Position numbers and translations under genes: made by a program
The notes under the pieces: model-generated
The model's input: only the letters and a program-made list of their open reading frames with translations
The model's database searches: none
Told to the model about the DNA's origin: nothing
Assembly: GCA_003559395.1 (NCBI GenBank)
Contig: PWLL01000043.1
Span: forward strand, 1-17,759
DNA: 17,759 nt
From: Candidatus Iainarchaeum sp.
GTDB taxonomy: Archaea > Iainarchaeota > Iainarchaeia > Iainarchaeales > CSSED10-239
Direction of reading: 5' to 3'
Shown: in pieces, positions 1-7,858 of the stretch
Position numbering within the stretch: position 1 is the first letter of the stretch
Layout of the letters: every line of letters begins with the position of its first letter

Positions 1-2
1 AT

Positions 3-1223
3 GAACAAACACCACAACCTTTTCCAAAAGTAAATATAATACCTAACTATTTTTCTGGACATTATCCAAGATTATCTTTAGATATTTCTTTAGCTTCACA
101 CCCTTCTTCAGATATTTATTATACAACTAATGGAACTAATCCTAATTGTTCAGGTACTGGTACATTATATACAGAACCAATAACTATAACTACTGGGGAA
201 ACAACAATAAAAGCAGTTGGTTGTCAAACAAACTATGATCCTTTTGTACATTCTTTTGATTATATTCTTCCAGAAGCAATTATTATTATGACTTTAGAAG
301 ATTTAAATAATATGAGAAATAATTTAAATATGGTTTATTTTCTTGGAGCAGATATTGATTTAGATGTTTATTCATATAATCAAGGAGAAGGCTGGTTACC
401 AATTGGTGATAATTCTAATAGATTTACTGGCATTTTTGATGGCCAAGGGTACATAATAAGTAATCTTTATATTAATATGCCATCAACAGATAATATAGGG
501 TTATTTGGATATACAGATAAAGCTATTATAAATAATGTAGCTTTAGTAGACGTAAATGTTTCTGGAAGACGATATACAGGAGGACTAGTTGGTTTTAATA
601 GAGAATCTACAGTTTCTAACAGTTATTCTACTGGTTATGTTTATGGAAGTAGCTCTACTGTTGGAGGATTAGTTAGTTATAATGTTCTTTTTTCTACAGT
701 TTCTAACAGTTATTCTACGTGCTATGTTTCTGGTAGTAGTGATCGGGTTGGAGGACTGGTTGGATGGAATCGAAGTGATTCTACAATTTCTAACAGTTTT
801 TCTACAGGTTCTGTTTCTGGAAATGATGATGTTGGAGGATTAGTTGGTCGTAATCAACATTATTCTATAATTTCTAACAGTTATTCTACTGGAGATGTTT
901 CTGGAAATAGTCGTGTTGGAGGATTAGTTGGTTATGATTTAAGTGCTACAATTTCTAATAGTTATTCTACTGGTGGTGTTTCTGGTAATACTAATGTTGG
1001 TGGATTAATTGGAAGGATTTGGAGCTCTGTAGTTTCTAATAGTTACTGGGACACAGAAACTTCTGGACAATCAATTAGTGCAATGGGTACAGGAAAAAGT
1101 ACAGCAGATATGAAAAAACAAGCAACTTTTACAAACTGGAACTTCACAAACATTTGGAACATTACAGAAGATATAACCTACCCTTATCTACAAGAAAACA
1201 CACAAGATCCTTTGCCACAATAA
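3..1223 (+). CDS. Secreted/surface repeat protein, 5'-truncated by the window edge: Fn3-associated (chitobiase/hexosaminidase C-terminal-like) module followed by GLUG-type repeats
   Basis: I translated frame 3 by hand from nt 3. It has no stop before the listed ORF (288..1223), so the protein continues upstream of the window. Residues SSDIYYTTNGTNPNCSGTGTLYTEPITITTGETTIKAVG fit the IYYTTDG...Y..PI...TIKA signature of the CHB_HEX_C/Fn3-associated module. Downstream units ISNSYSTGxVSGxxxVGGLVG are the GLUG motif, and the array ends with SYWDTETSGQ. Confidence 0.7.
   Translation, partial: EQTPQPFPKVNIIPNYFSGHYPRLSLDISLASHPSSDIYYTTNGTNPNCSGTGTLYTEPITITTGETTIKAVGCQTNYDPFVHSFDYILPEAIIIMTLEDLNNMRNNLNMVYFLGADIDLDVYSYNQGEGWLPIGDNSNRFTGIFDGQGYIISNLYINMPSTDNIGLFGYTDKAIINNVALVDVNVSGRRYTGGLVGFNRESTVSNSYSTGYVYGSSSTVGGLVSYNVLFSTVSNSYSTCYVSGSSDRVGGLVGWNRSDSTISNSFSTGSVSGNDDVGGLVGRNQHYSIISNSYSTGDVSGNSRVGGLVGYDLSATISNSYSTGGVSGNTNVGGLIGRIWSSVVSNSYWDTETSGQSISAMGTGKSTADMKKQATFTNWNFTNIWNITEDITYPYLQENTQDPLPQ
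453..1067. repeat. In-frame tandem coding repeats: seven units of 25-29 aa plus a cap, encoding the GLUG array
   Basis: Protein units are IISNLYINM..IGLFG, INNVALVDVNVSGRRYTGGLVG, VSNSYSTGYVYGSSSTVGGLVS, VSNSYSTCYVSGSSDRVGGLVG, ISNSFSTGSVSGNDDVGGLVG, ISNSYSTGDVSGNSRVGGLVG and ISNSYSTGGVSGNTNVGGLIG. The DNA string tttctaacagttattctac recurs, for example about 87 nt apart at about 612 and about 699. Confidence 0.8.
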
Positions 1224-1346
1224 CTATTACGTTTCACTGGCCACTGGCCACCACCCCTTACGAAAACAACTAAGTTTTTTCTACACTTATAATATATATG
1301 ACCACTTAAAAAATATCAACCAATTTATTAACATTTTGTTTCACTA

Positions 1347-1360
1347 ATATATTATATAAA
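1347..1360 (+). promoter_or_regulatory. TATA-like box for the RPA gene (implies a leaderless or near-leaderless mRNA)
   Basis: atatattatataaa is centred about 27 nt upstream of the ATG at 1380. No Shine-Dalgarno-like sequence lies in between. Confidence 0.4.
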
Positions 1361-1379
1361 CAAAAAAATAAGATTTATT

Positions 1380-2711
1380 ATGAACTTAACCGCAGAACAA
1401 ATTTATATGATTATAAAAGAAAAATCAAATCTTTCTGATGAAGAAATAAATCAAGAAAGAGAAAACATAAAAGCAAAATATCAAGGGCTACTAAGTGAAG
1501 TTGGAGCCAATATAATGCTTGCAAAAAAACTAAACGTTCCACTTGAGACTAAACAAAAAACATCAAAAGAAGTAATTATTAAAGAAATAACGCCTTCTTT
1601 AGATTCTGTTTCCTTATATGCTAGAATAAAAAACATACCAGCAAAAAAAACCTTTAAAGCCAAAGACGGATCACAAGGAAAAATGCAAGCTTTGTTTGTT
1701 TTTGATGATACTGGTTCTATAAAACTAACCTTATGGCACGATCAAACAAAACTAATAACAGAACAAGATCTTAAAAAGAACGATATAATATATATAAAAG
1801 ACGCTTTTGTAAACGAATATAATAACAAAACAGAACTTTCCTTAAGACAAGGAGGAGAAATAATAAAAGACCCAACTAACCCTCCAACAATAAAACAAAT
1901 AGAAGAAGAAACAAAATTACTTTCAGAAATAGAAAGCGCATCTGATAAACCAATCTCTACTTTTGGAAGAATAATAAACATCTATCCAAAGAAAGTGTTT
2001 GAATCCAAAGACGGAAGAGAAAGAAGTGTTTTAAACTTTATGATCAGTGATGGTTCAAAAACACTTAAAGTTGCAGCATGGTCTCCATATTCAGATGTTA
2101 TTGAAGAAGACTACTCAATTGGAGATATTATCTTTATCTCAGACGCGCTTGTAAAAGATGGGCTATATGATATAGAACTTCATCTTAACTGGTATTCCTC
2201 TTTAAGAAAAAACCCTAAACTTGATATTAAAATCCCAGAACTTTCAGAACTTCTTGAAAACGAATATGAAGATGGAAAAATAGAAAACCTAGAAGATGGA
2301 AAAAGCTACAAACTAAAAGGCGTGATTGTTACAATTAACAGAAACGCACTTGTTTTTTATAAATGCCCAGACTGTAACACAAAAGTGCACAATCTAGGAG
2401 AAGATTTTATTTGTGAAACCTGTAACAAAGCAGTAGAACCAATAACAAATGTTTTTGGAAGTATTGAGATTGATGATGCAACAGGTATAACTAAAGCAAC
2501 TATGTTTGGAAACGTTGTTGAAAAGTTCTTTAACATAAACAAAGAAGATTATAAAAAAGGCATTTCAGAAGACGACAAAGAAGAATTGTTCAGTTATCTA
2601 GAAGATCAGTTATTAGGAAAAAAAGTAGTTGTTTGTGGAAGAGTAAAACTAAACGATTTTTCAGGTAATCTTGAGATGATGGTTGACACAATAGAGCAAG
2701 AAAAAGAATAG
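1380..2711 (+). CDS. rpa: Replication protein A-type single-stranded DNA-binding protein (multiple OB folds plus a zinc ribbon)
   Basis: The N-terminal helical module (...QGLLSEVGANIMLAKKLNV) is typical of archaeal RPA. Three OB-like segments recur (ARIKNI...KMQALFVFDDTGSIKLTLW; GRIINI...RSVLNFMISDGSKTLKVAAW; GVIVTINRN...). A C4 zinc motif CPDCNTKV..x..CETCNK lies in the last OB fold. The gene sits directly upstream of mcm. Confidence 0.8.
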   Translation: MNLTAEQIYMIIKEKSNLSDEEINQERENIKAKYQGLLSEVGANIMLAKKLNVPLETKQKTSKEVIIKEITPSLDSVSLYARIKNIPAKKTFKAKDGSQGKMQALFVFDDTGSIKLTLWHDQTKLITEQDLKKNDIIYIKDAFVNEYNNKTELSLRQGGEIIKDPTNPPTIKQIEEETKLLSEIESASDKPISTFGRIINIYPKKVFESKDGRERSVLNFMISDGSKTLKVAAWSPYSDVIEEDYSIGDIIFISDALVKDGLYDIELHLNWYSSLRKNPKLDIKIPELSELLENEYEDGKIENLEDGKSYKLKGVIVTINRNALVFYKCPDCNTKVHNLGEDFICETCNKAVEPITNVFGSIEIDDATGITKATMFGNVVEKFFNINKEDYKKGISEDDKEELFSYLEDQLLGKKVVVCGRVKLNDFSGNLEMMVDTIEQEKE

Positions 2712-2838
2712 CTTGGGTTTGTTTGATTTCCAAACCAAATAGTTATATATTACATTATTAACAACAAATATATTATACAAAAAAACTTATTCTCTTGTGG
2801 ACCAGAAAAATAGATTACATGTTTATAAATAAGGCTTT

Positions 2839-2843
2839 GAGGT
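2839..2843 (+). promoter_or_regulatory. Shine-Dalgarno-like site for mcm
   Basis: GAGGT lies 5 nt upstream of the ATG at 2849 and is complementary to the conserved archaeal 16S 3' end (..CACCUCC..). Confidence 0.4.
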
Positions 2844-2848
2844 AAACC

Positions 2849-4978
2849 ATGGTTCAAGAATCATTTGAAGAAGATTTTCTTTCAGAATCAAAAAACATAG
2901 TAGTTGATGAATATATCGAACAACTACAAGACTTTTTTGAAACTATTTACAAAAAAGAGATAGAACATCTTGCATACAACTATCCAGATATAAAAAGTCT
3001 AGAAGTAGACTATAAAGATCTAGAAAACTACGATCTTTCATTAGCAGAAACCCTTCTAGAAACACCACAACTAGTTTTTGAAGCAGCAGAGATTGCTATA
3101 CAAAAGATTGATGTTGGTGTGTTGGATGCAGAAATTGAATTTAAACCACACATTCGTTTTTTTAATCTTCCAGAGGAACACAATATATCCATAAGAGATA
3201 TTGGCGCAGAACATCTTAACAAACTTGTTTCTGTTGAAGGAGTTATACGAGTAATAACAGAACGTTTAGAAAAACTTGTTGTTGCAAAATTTGTTTGTAG
3301 AAAATGTTCCAAAATATATAATCTTCCTCAAAAATCACAAGTCTTATCAAAACCTGTTGTGTGTGAGTGTAAGAGCAGAGAGTTTGATATTGATCTTGAA
3401 CAAAGTAAATTTATAGACTATCAAAAAATACAAGTGCAAGAGCCACTAGAAAATATAAAAGGCTCACAACAAGCAAGCAACCTTGATATTTATTTGTCAG
3501 ATGATATTGTTAATAAATGTGTTGCAGGAGAAAAGATTGTCATAACAGGCACCCTAAAGCTAAAACAACCAAAAGGAGAAAGCAACATCTATCCTAAATA
3601 CCTAGTCGCATATCATCTAGAAAAAACAGACCAAGAATATGAGGAGCTTAAGATAACAGAAGAAGAAGTGCGAGAAATAAAACAACTTGCAAAAAAAGAA
3701 GATATCTATAAGATGTTGTCCTCCTCAATTGCCCCTAACATCTATGGTCACGAAATTGTTAAAGAAGCAATCAGCTTACAAATGTTTAGTGGTGTGAAAA
3801 AAAAAGTAGGACCACAAGATCTAAGAGGAAACATCCATATTCTTTTGGTAGGTGACCCATCTACAGGAAAATCACAGCTTCTAAAATATGCAGACAGCCT
3901 AGCTCCAAAAAGTATCTACGTTGCAGGAAAAACTGCATCTGGTGCAGGACTTACTGTTTCTGCTGTAAAAGATGAGTTTGGAGAAGGAGGATGGTCACTA
4001 AAAGCAGGAGCCGTTATCTTGGCAAGTGGAGGGCTTGCTATGATTGACGAGTTTGATAAGATGGCAACTGAAGATAGAAGTGCTTTACATGAAGCCATGG
4101 CACAAGGAACTGTTTCTGTATCTAAGGCTGGCCTTTATTCTAAATTTAAATCGGATACATCCATCTTAGCTGCCGCAAACCCTAAATTTAACAGATTTGA
4201 TCCTTACAAGTCTGCTTTAGAACAAATTGATCTACCCTTTTCTTTATTATCTAGATTTGATTTATATTTTGTTATTAAAGATATGTTAAACAAAGAGCTA
4301 GATGAAGAAATTGCAACCCATATCCTAAAAACACACGAAGCAGCAGAAAAATTTGCAAGAAACGCAAACAAAAAAACAATCTCTAAAAAAGATTTTGAAG
4401 ATATAGAAAAAATAATTACACCTCAGATTTCTTTAGAGATTTTTAAAAAATTTGTAGCGTATGCAAGACAAAACATAAAACCTGTTTTAACAAAAGAATC
4501 ATCTCAGATAATCTTAGACTATTATACACAACTAAGAGATATTGGTAGAAAATCAGGAAGCTACTCAGCAACACCAAGACAACTAGAAGGACTGATAAGG
4601 TTATCAGAAGCAAGTGCAAGAGTAAAACTAAAACAAACAATTGATATTGAAGATACAAACAGAGCTATAAAAATATTTAAGACCTCACTTGAACAAACTG
4701 CAATTGATAAAGAAACAGGCGCTATAGACATAGACATCATAAGCACAGGACAAAGTTCTAGTGAAAGAAACCAATTAAAAAAACTATTATCATTAGTAAA
4801 AGATCTTACACAAGAAGACTCACAAGGAATTACATTTAACGAACTATCAGAGATTCTTGAAAAAGAAGGTCTTACAAAAGAAAAACTTGCAAGCTTTATT
4901 AAGAAGCTAAAGAGTGCTGGAGAGCTTTATGAACCAAAAGCTGGACACTATAAAGTTGTTTCTCCAGATTTTCAATAG
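2849..4978 (+). CDS. mcm: Minichromosome maintenance (MCM) replicative helicase
   Basis: Zinc motif CRKCSKIY..x..CECKSREF. Walker A is LLVGDPSTGKSQLL, Walker B is AMIDEFDKM, sensor-1 is ILAAANP, the arginine finger is LLSRFDL and sensor-2 is ATPRQLEGLIRLSEA. There is a C-terminal winged-helix-like tail. At 709 aa there is no sign of an intein. Confidence 0.97.
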   Translation: MVQESFEEDFLSESKNIVVDEYIEQLQDFFETIYKKEIEHLAYNYPDIKSLEVDYKDLENYDLSLAETLLETPQLVFEAAEIAIQKIDVGVLDAEIEFKPHIRFFNLPEEHNISIRDIGAEHLNKLVSVEGVIRVITERLEKLVVAKFVCRKCSKIYNLPQKSQVLSKPVVCECKSREFDIDLEQSKFIDYQKIQVQEPLENIKGSQQASNLDIYLSDDIVNKCVAGEKIVITGTLKLKQPKGESNIYPKYLVAYHLEKTDQEYEELKITEEEVREIKQLAKKEDIYKMLSSSIAPNIYGHEIVKEAISLQMFSGVKKKVGPQDLRGNIHILLVGDPSTGKSQLLKYADSLAPKSIYVAGKTASGAGLTVSAVKDEFGEGGWSLKAGAVILASGGLAMIDEFDKMATEDRSALHEAMAQGTVSVSKAGLYSKFKSDTSILAAANPKFNRFDPYKSALEQIDLPFSLLSRFDLYFVIKDMLNKELDEEIATHILKTHEAAEKFARNANKKTISKKDFEDIEKIITPQISLEIFKKFVAYARQNIKPVLTKESSQIILDYYTQLRDIGRKSGSYSATPRQLEGLIRLSEASARVKLKQTIDIEDTNRAIKIFKTSLEQTAIDKETGAIDIDIISTGQSSSERNQLKKLLSLVKDLTQEDSQGITFNELSEILEKEGLTKEKLASFIKKLKSAGELYEPKAGHYKVVSPDFQ

Positions 4979-5001
4979 ATAAAAGATAAGGACGAAATAT
5001 C

Positions 5002-5832
5002 ATGAACAGAAAAGAAATCATTTTTTTTATAATATTTTTTATATTAATACAGGTGTTAGGTTTATTTACTGCGCACTATTATATTGCCTTAGGCATGAAC
5101 GTAGGCGTAGTTACTAAAGACCCAAACAGTTTGTTAAACGCTTTGTTTATTATTAGTTATATTATTTTACTAACAATAGGCATACTAGTTTTAAAAAAGT
5201 TTTTTAAAAAAGGAAGATATTTGTATGTGTTTGAGTATCTTGCTTTGTTTGCCGGAACTTCAATTGTGTTTATGGTTTTTTTACCTGAGATGTTGGCTTA
5301 TTTTCTTGCACTTTATTTGTTGTTTATTAAAACCATCTATACAAATTACAAAAAAACATCCATTTGGATAAACAATTTTCTTTTAGCAATAGCGATTGCT
5401 GGAGCAGGAACTATGTTAGGCATAAGTTTAGGGGTAATTTCTGTTATGTTTTTTATTCTTTTGTTAGCTATCTATGACATAATTGCTGTATTTTATACAA
5501 AACACATGGTAAGTCTAGCAAAAATAATTACACAAAAAAAACTTGCGTTTTTGTTTGTTATTCCTACAAAGAAAAAAGAACTAAGACTTGGTGGAGGCGA
5601 TATTGCGATTCCTATGATGGTGTCTGCAAGTCTTTTTAATATTCTCATACCTAAACATTCTCTTTCTTTAGTAATGTTACCTATTGTTGGTATTTGGATA
5701 TCTTCAATCTTGGGATTGTTATTAACCTTCTATATCTTAGATACAAAAAAAGCAAAAGCACTTCCTGCGTTACCAATTCAGGTTTTTTTAATGTTAATTA
5801 TTTTAGTTATTACTTTTTTTAGAATGGTTTAG
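5002..5832 (+). CDS. Presenilin / signal-peptide-peptidase family (A22) intramembrane aspartyl protease homologue
   Basis: Polytopic membrane protein with the three family signatures in the correct order: YD (LLAIYDIIAVFY), GxGD (LRLGGGDIAIP) and PAL (KALPALPIQ). It starts 23 nt after the mcm stop. Confidence 0.85.
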   Translation: MNRKEIIFFIIFFILIQVLGLFTAHYYIALGMNVGVVTKDPNSLLNALFIISYIILLTIGILVLKKFFKKGRYLYVFEYLALFAGTSIVFMVFLPEMLAYFLALYLLFIKTIYTNYKKTSIWINNFLLAIAIAGAGTMLGISLGVISVMFFILLLAIYDIIAVFYTKHMVSLAKIITQKKLAFLFVIPTKKKELRLGGGDIAIPMMVSASLFNILIPKHSLSLVMLPIVGIWISSILGLLLTFYILDTKKAKALPALPIQVFLMLIILVITFFRMV

Positions 5833-5837
5833 AAAAA

Positions 5838-6188
5838 CTATCTAGCAGAAACAAGTTCACAAGAAAAACTAATCTCAACAAGGTGTTTGTGGCCATGACA
5901 TCTGTTTCTGTTGGCGTCATCAATTAATGCTACTCTTGGAGTGTGTACGACATCACAACCCCAGTTAGGAACTATATTGTCATCAAGACAAGGGCCTTCA
6001 GAATCCATTCTATCAAACTTTCTTACTTCTTGACATAAGGAAATACATTTTTCTATGGCTTCTTCTTTATATTCAAGATATGGGCTTTCTTTAATAATAT
6101 AGACTCTTATAATTATTGCAAGAACAATCAGCACTAAAACAACTACGCTACTAACGAGGATGTTTTTTTTCTTTTTTTTCTTTTTCAT
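5838..6188 (-). CDS. Small Cys-rich protein with an N-terminal oligo-lysine plus a single transmembrane/signal-anchor segment; function unknown
   Basis: MKKKKKKKN is followed by the hydrophobic stretch ILVSSVVVLVLIVLAIII, then an approximately 85-aa domain with six Cys residues. No family was recognised. It is convergent with the protease gene, with a 5-nt spacer. Confidence 0.6.
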   Translation of the reverse strand: MKKKKKKKNILVSSVVVLVLIVLAIIIRVYIIKESPYLEYKEEAIEKCISLCQEVRKFDRMDSEGPCLDDNIVPNWGCDVVHTPRVALIDDANRNRCHGHKHLVEISFSCELVSAR

Positions 6189-6283
6189 GTTTTTCTTGTT
6201 TTTTGTTATATATAGTATATCATATGGTTTTTAATAGTTTTGTATCTAATGTTTATTAGCATTTTTCAAAAAAATATAAAATT

Positions 6284-7057
6284 GTGAAAAAAATGATTAA
6301 AAAATATGACTATGATAGTTTGGCAAAATACTATTATGCTCTAGAAGAAGATAAACAAGACGATTTTATAAAAAACCGTTTTCTAGAAAATATTTTTAAA
6401 AAATACAAAACAAAAAAGGTGTTTGATGTAAGTTGTGGAACAGGCGTGCAAACAATATATCTACACAAAAAAGGCTACGATGTAAAAGCAAGTGATCTTA
6501 GTGAAGGCATGTTAAAGATTGCAAGAAAAAGAGCAAAAGAAGAAAACTTAAAAATAAATTTTAAAAAAGCAGATATGACGGAAGTAAAACATGGAAAAGC
6601 AGACGCAGTCGTTAGTATATTTAACGCAATTGGACACTTAAGTCAAAAACAATTTATAAAGATGATCAAAAACATGCGTGATAATCTTAAGGATAACGGC
6701 TTGTTTGTTTTTGATATTTTTAATCTTGATTTTTTTAAGGGAAAGGGTTTTGTTGATTATGAATTTATTGATTGTGCAAAAACAATAGATGATATAAAGT
6801 TTGTTAGATTTAACGATAATGATTTAGATCTAAAAGAAAACAAACTAATAATAAATCAAAAAATCTACATTCAAGAAGGCTATAACCAACCAAAAATAAT
6901 AAAAGACTCCTGTGATATGAAACTCTATGACTATAAAACCCTTAAAGAGCTTTTAGAAAAAAACGGATTTGAGATTGTTGAAAAATATGGTTCTGCAGAA
7001 AAAGAAAAACTCAAGAAAAATAGCGTAAGTATTTATATTGTCGCAAGAAAGAAGTGA
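6284..7057 (+). CDS. Class I SAM-dependent methyltransferase (substrate unknown)
   Basis: Motif I is VFDVSCGTGVQT, post-I is DVKASDLSEGM, and motif II/III region is ADAVVSIFNAIGHL. The track start at 6284 is GTG. An in-frame ATG at 6293 is an equally plausible start. Confidence 0.85.
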   Translation: MKKMIKKYDYDSLAKYYYALEEDKQDDFIKNRFLENIFKKYKTKKVFDVSCGTGVQTIYLHKKGYDVKASDLSEGMLKIARKRAKEENLKINFKKADMTEVKHGKADAVVSIFNAIGHLSQKQFIKMIKNMRDNLKDNGLFVFDIFNLDFFKGKGFVDYEFIDCAKTIDDIKFVRFNDNDLDLKENKLIINQKIYIQEGYNQPKIIKDSCDMKLYDYKTLKELLEKNGFEIVEKYGSAEKEKLKKNSVSIYIVARKK

Positions 7058-7108
7058 AGATACTATCTAAAACAACTCTTTTTAAATTTGTCCTTCTATA
7101 ATATATTT

Positions 7109-7549
7109 ATGACCACAAATAAAACACATACAGAAAAAATAGAGCCTGACTATGATAAACTATTAGACAGAATATATTTGTCACTACCAAAAAGAACTTT
7201 AGAAAATCAAAGATTTGAACTTCCAAAAGCTGTGTCTATTATTCAAGGAAAACAAACTCTTTGGCAAAACTTTACAAAAGTTGCAAAAGACCTTGACAGA
7301 GATCCACAACAACTTTATAAGTTTTTTATGAAAGAGATAAGTACTTCTTCCACCATTGTTAACCAAACACTAATCTTAAACGGAATTTTTGATAATAAAA
7401 AAATAAACCATATACTGACTAAGTTTATAAATAATTTTGTGTTGTGTTCTGCATGTAAAAAACCAGACACTGAAATTGTTGCACAAAATAACGTAAAGAT
7501 ACTAAAATGTAACGCATGTGGTGCAACATCATCACTACCAAAACTATAA
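7109..7549 (+). CDS. eif2b: Translation initiation factor aIF2 beta subunit
   Basis: Conserved core (LPKRTLENQRFELPKA, ..RDPQQLYKFFMKEISTSS..) and C-terminal zinc ribbon CSACKKPDTEIV..x..CNACG. The track ORF begins at TTG 7088. I prefer the in-frame ATG at 7109 because a TATA-like ctttttaaattt lies about 25-30 nt upstream of it. Confidence 0.9.
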   Translation: MTTNKTHTEKIEPDYDKLLDRIYLSLPKRTLENQRFELPKAVSIIQGKQTLWQNFTKVAKDLDRDPQQLYKFFMKEISTSSTIVNQTLILNGIFDNKKINHILTKFINNFVLCSACKKPDTEIVAQNNVKILKCNACGATSSLPKL

Positions 7550-7552
7550 AAC

Positions 7553-7843
7553 ATGATTGGAAAAATACACGTAAACGAGACAAACATATTGTTTGCTTGT
7601 TGTGACAAAGAGATTTTAAATAAAGAAATAAAGTTTAATGATACTTCTATTGTTATTTCTAATAAGTTTTATGGTACAGAAGAGCTTTCAGAAAAAGAAA
7701 TTCTTAAAAATATAGAAGAATGTACACAAGCAAATGTTTTTGGAAAAAAAGCCTGTGCTTTGTTGTTAGATAAAAAAATAATTACAAAAGAGAACATAAT
7801 GGACATAAACGGTGTCCCACACGTTCAAATATATAAAATGTAA
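7553..7843 (+). CDS. DUF424-like conserved archaeal protein (function unknown)
   Basis: 96 aa. The pattern IHVNETNILFACCDKEILNKEI ... ISNKFYGTEELSEKE ... NVFGKKAC ... INGVPHVQIY matches my recollection of DUF424 (vlAvCDeeLlGk ... FYgge ... GvPhaqi). It starts 4 nt after the aIF2-beta stop. Confidence 0.55.
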   Translation: MIGKIHVNETNILFACCDKEILNKEIKFNDTSIVISNKFYGTEELSEKEILKNIEECTQANVFGKKACALLLDKKIITKENIMDINGVPHVQIYKM

Positions 7844-7845
7844 AA

Positions 7846-7851
7846 AGGTGA
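7846..7851 (+). promoter_or_regulatory. Shine-Dalgarno-like site for aIF1A
   Basis: AGGTGA lies 7 nt upstream of the TTG start at 7859. Confidence 0.4.
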
Positions 7852-7858
7852 ATGATTT

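Noticed and set aside
2716-2736. Short stem-loop GGTTTG-(9 nt)-CAAACC just after the rpa stop, considered as a terminator
   Set aside because: It has only 6 bp, is not followed by a T-run, and is easily produced by chance.
1481-4746. Short antisense or alternate-frame ORFs inside rpa and mcm (1481..1663-, 1742..1981-, 2357..2542-, 3028..3312-, 3916..4098-, 4443..4658-, 4561..4746-)
   Set aside because: Each lies entirely within a strongly supported gene on the opposite strand. They have low-complexity or S/L/F-rich translations typical of antisense reading of AT-rich coding DNA, and none has a recognisable motif.
7088-7108. TTG at 7088 as the aIF2-beta start (as in the ORF track)
   Set aside because: The added residues (SFYNIF) are encoded by the TA-rich promoter-like sequence. 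The in-frame ATG at 7109 sits at the expected distance from a TATA-like box. I cannot exclude the TTG without N-terminal or TSS data.
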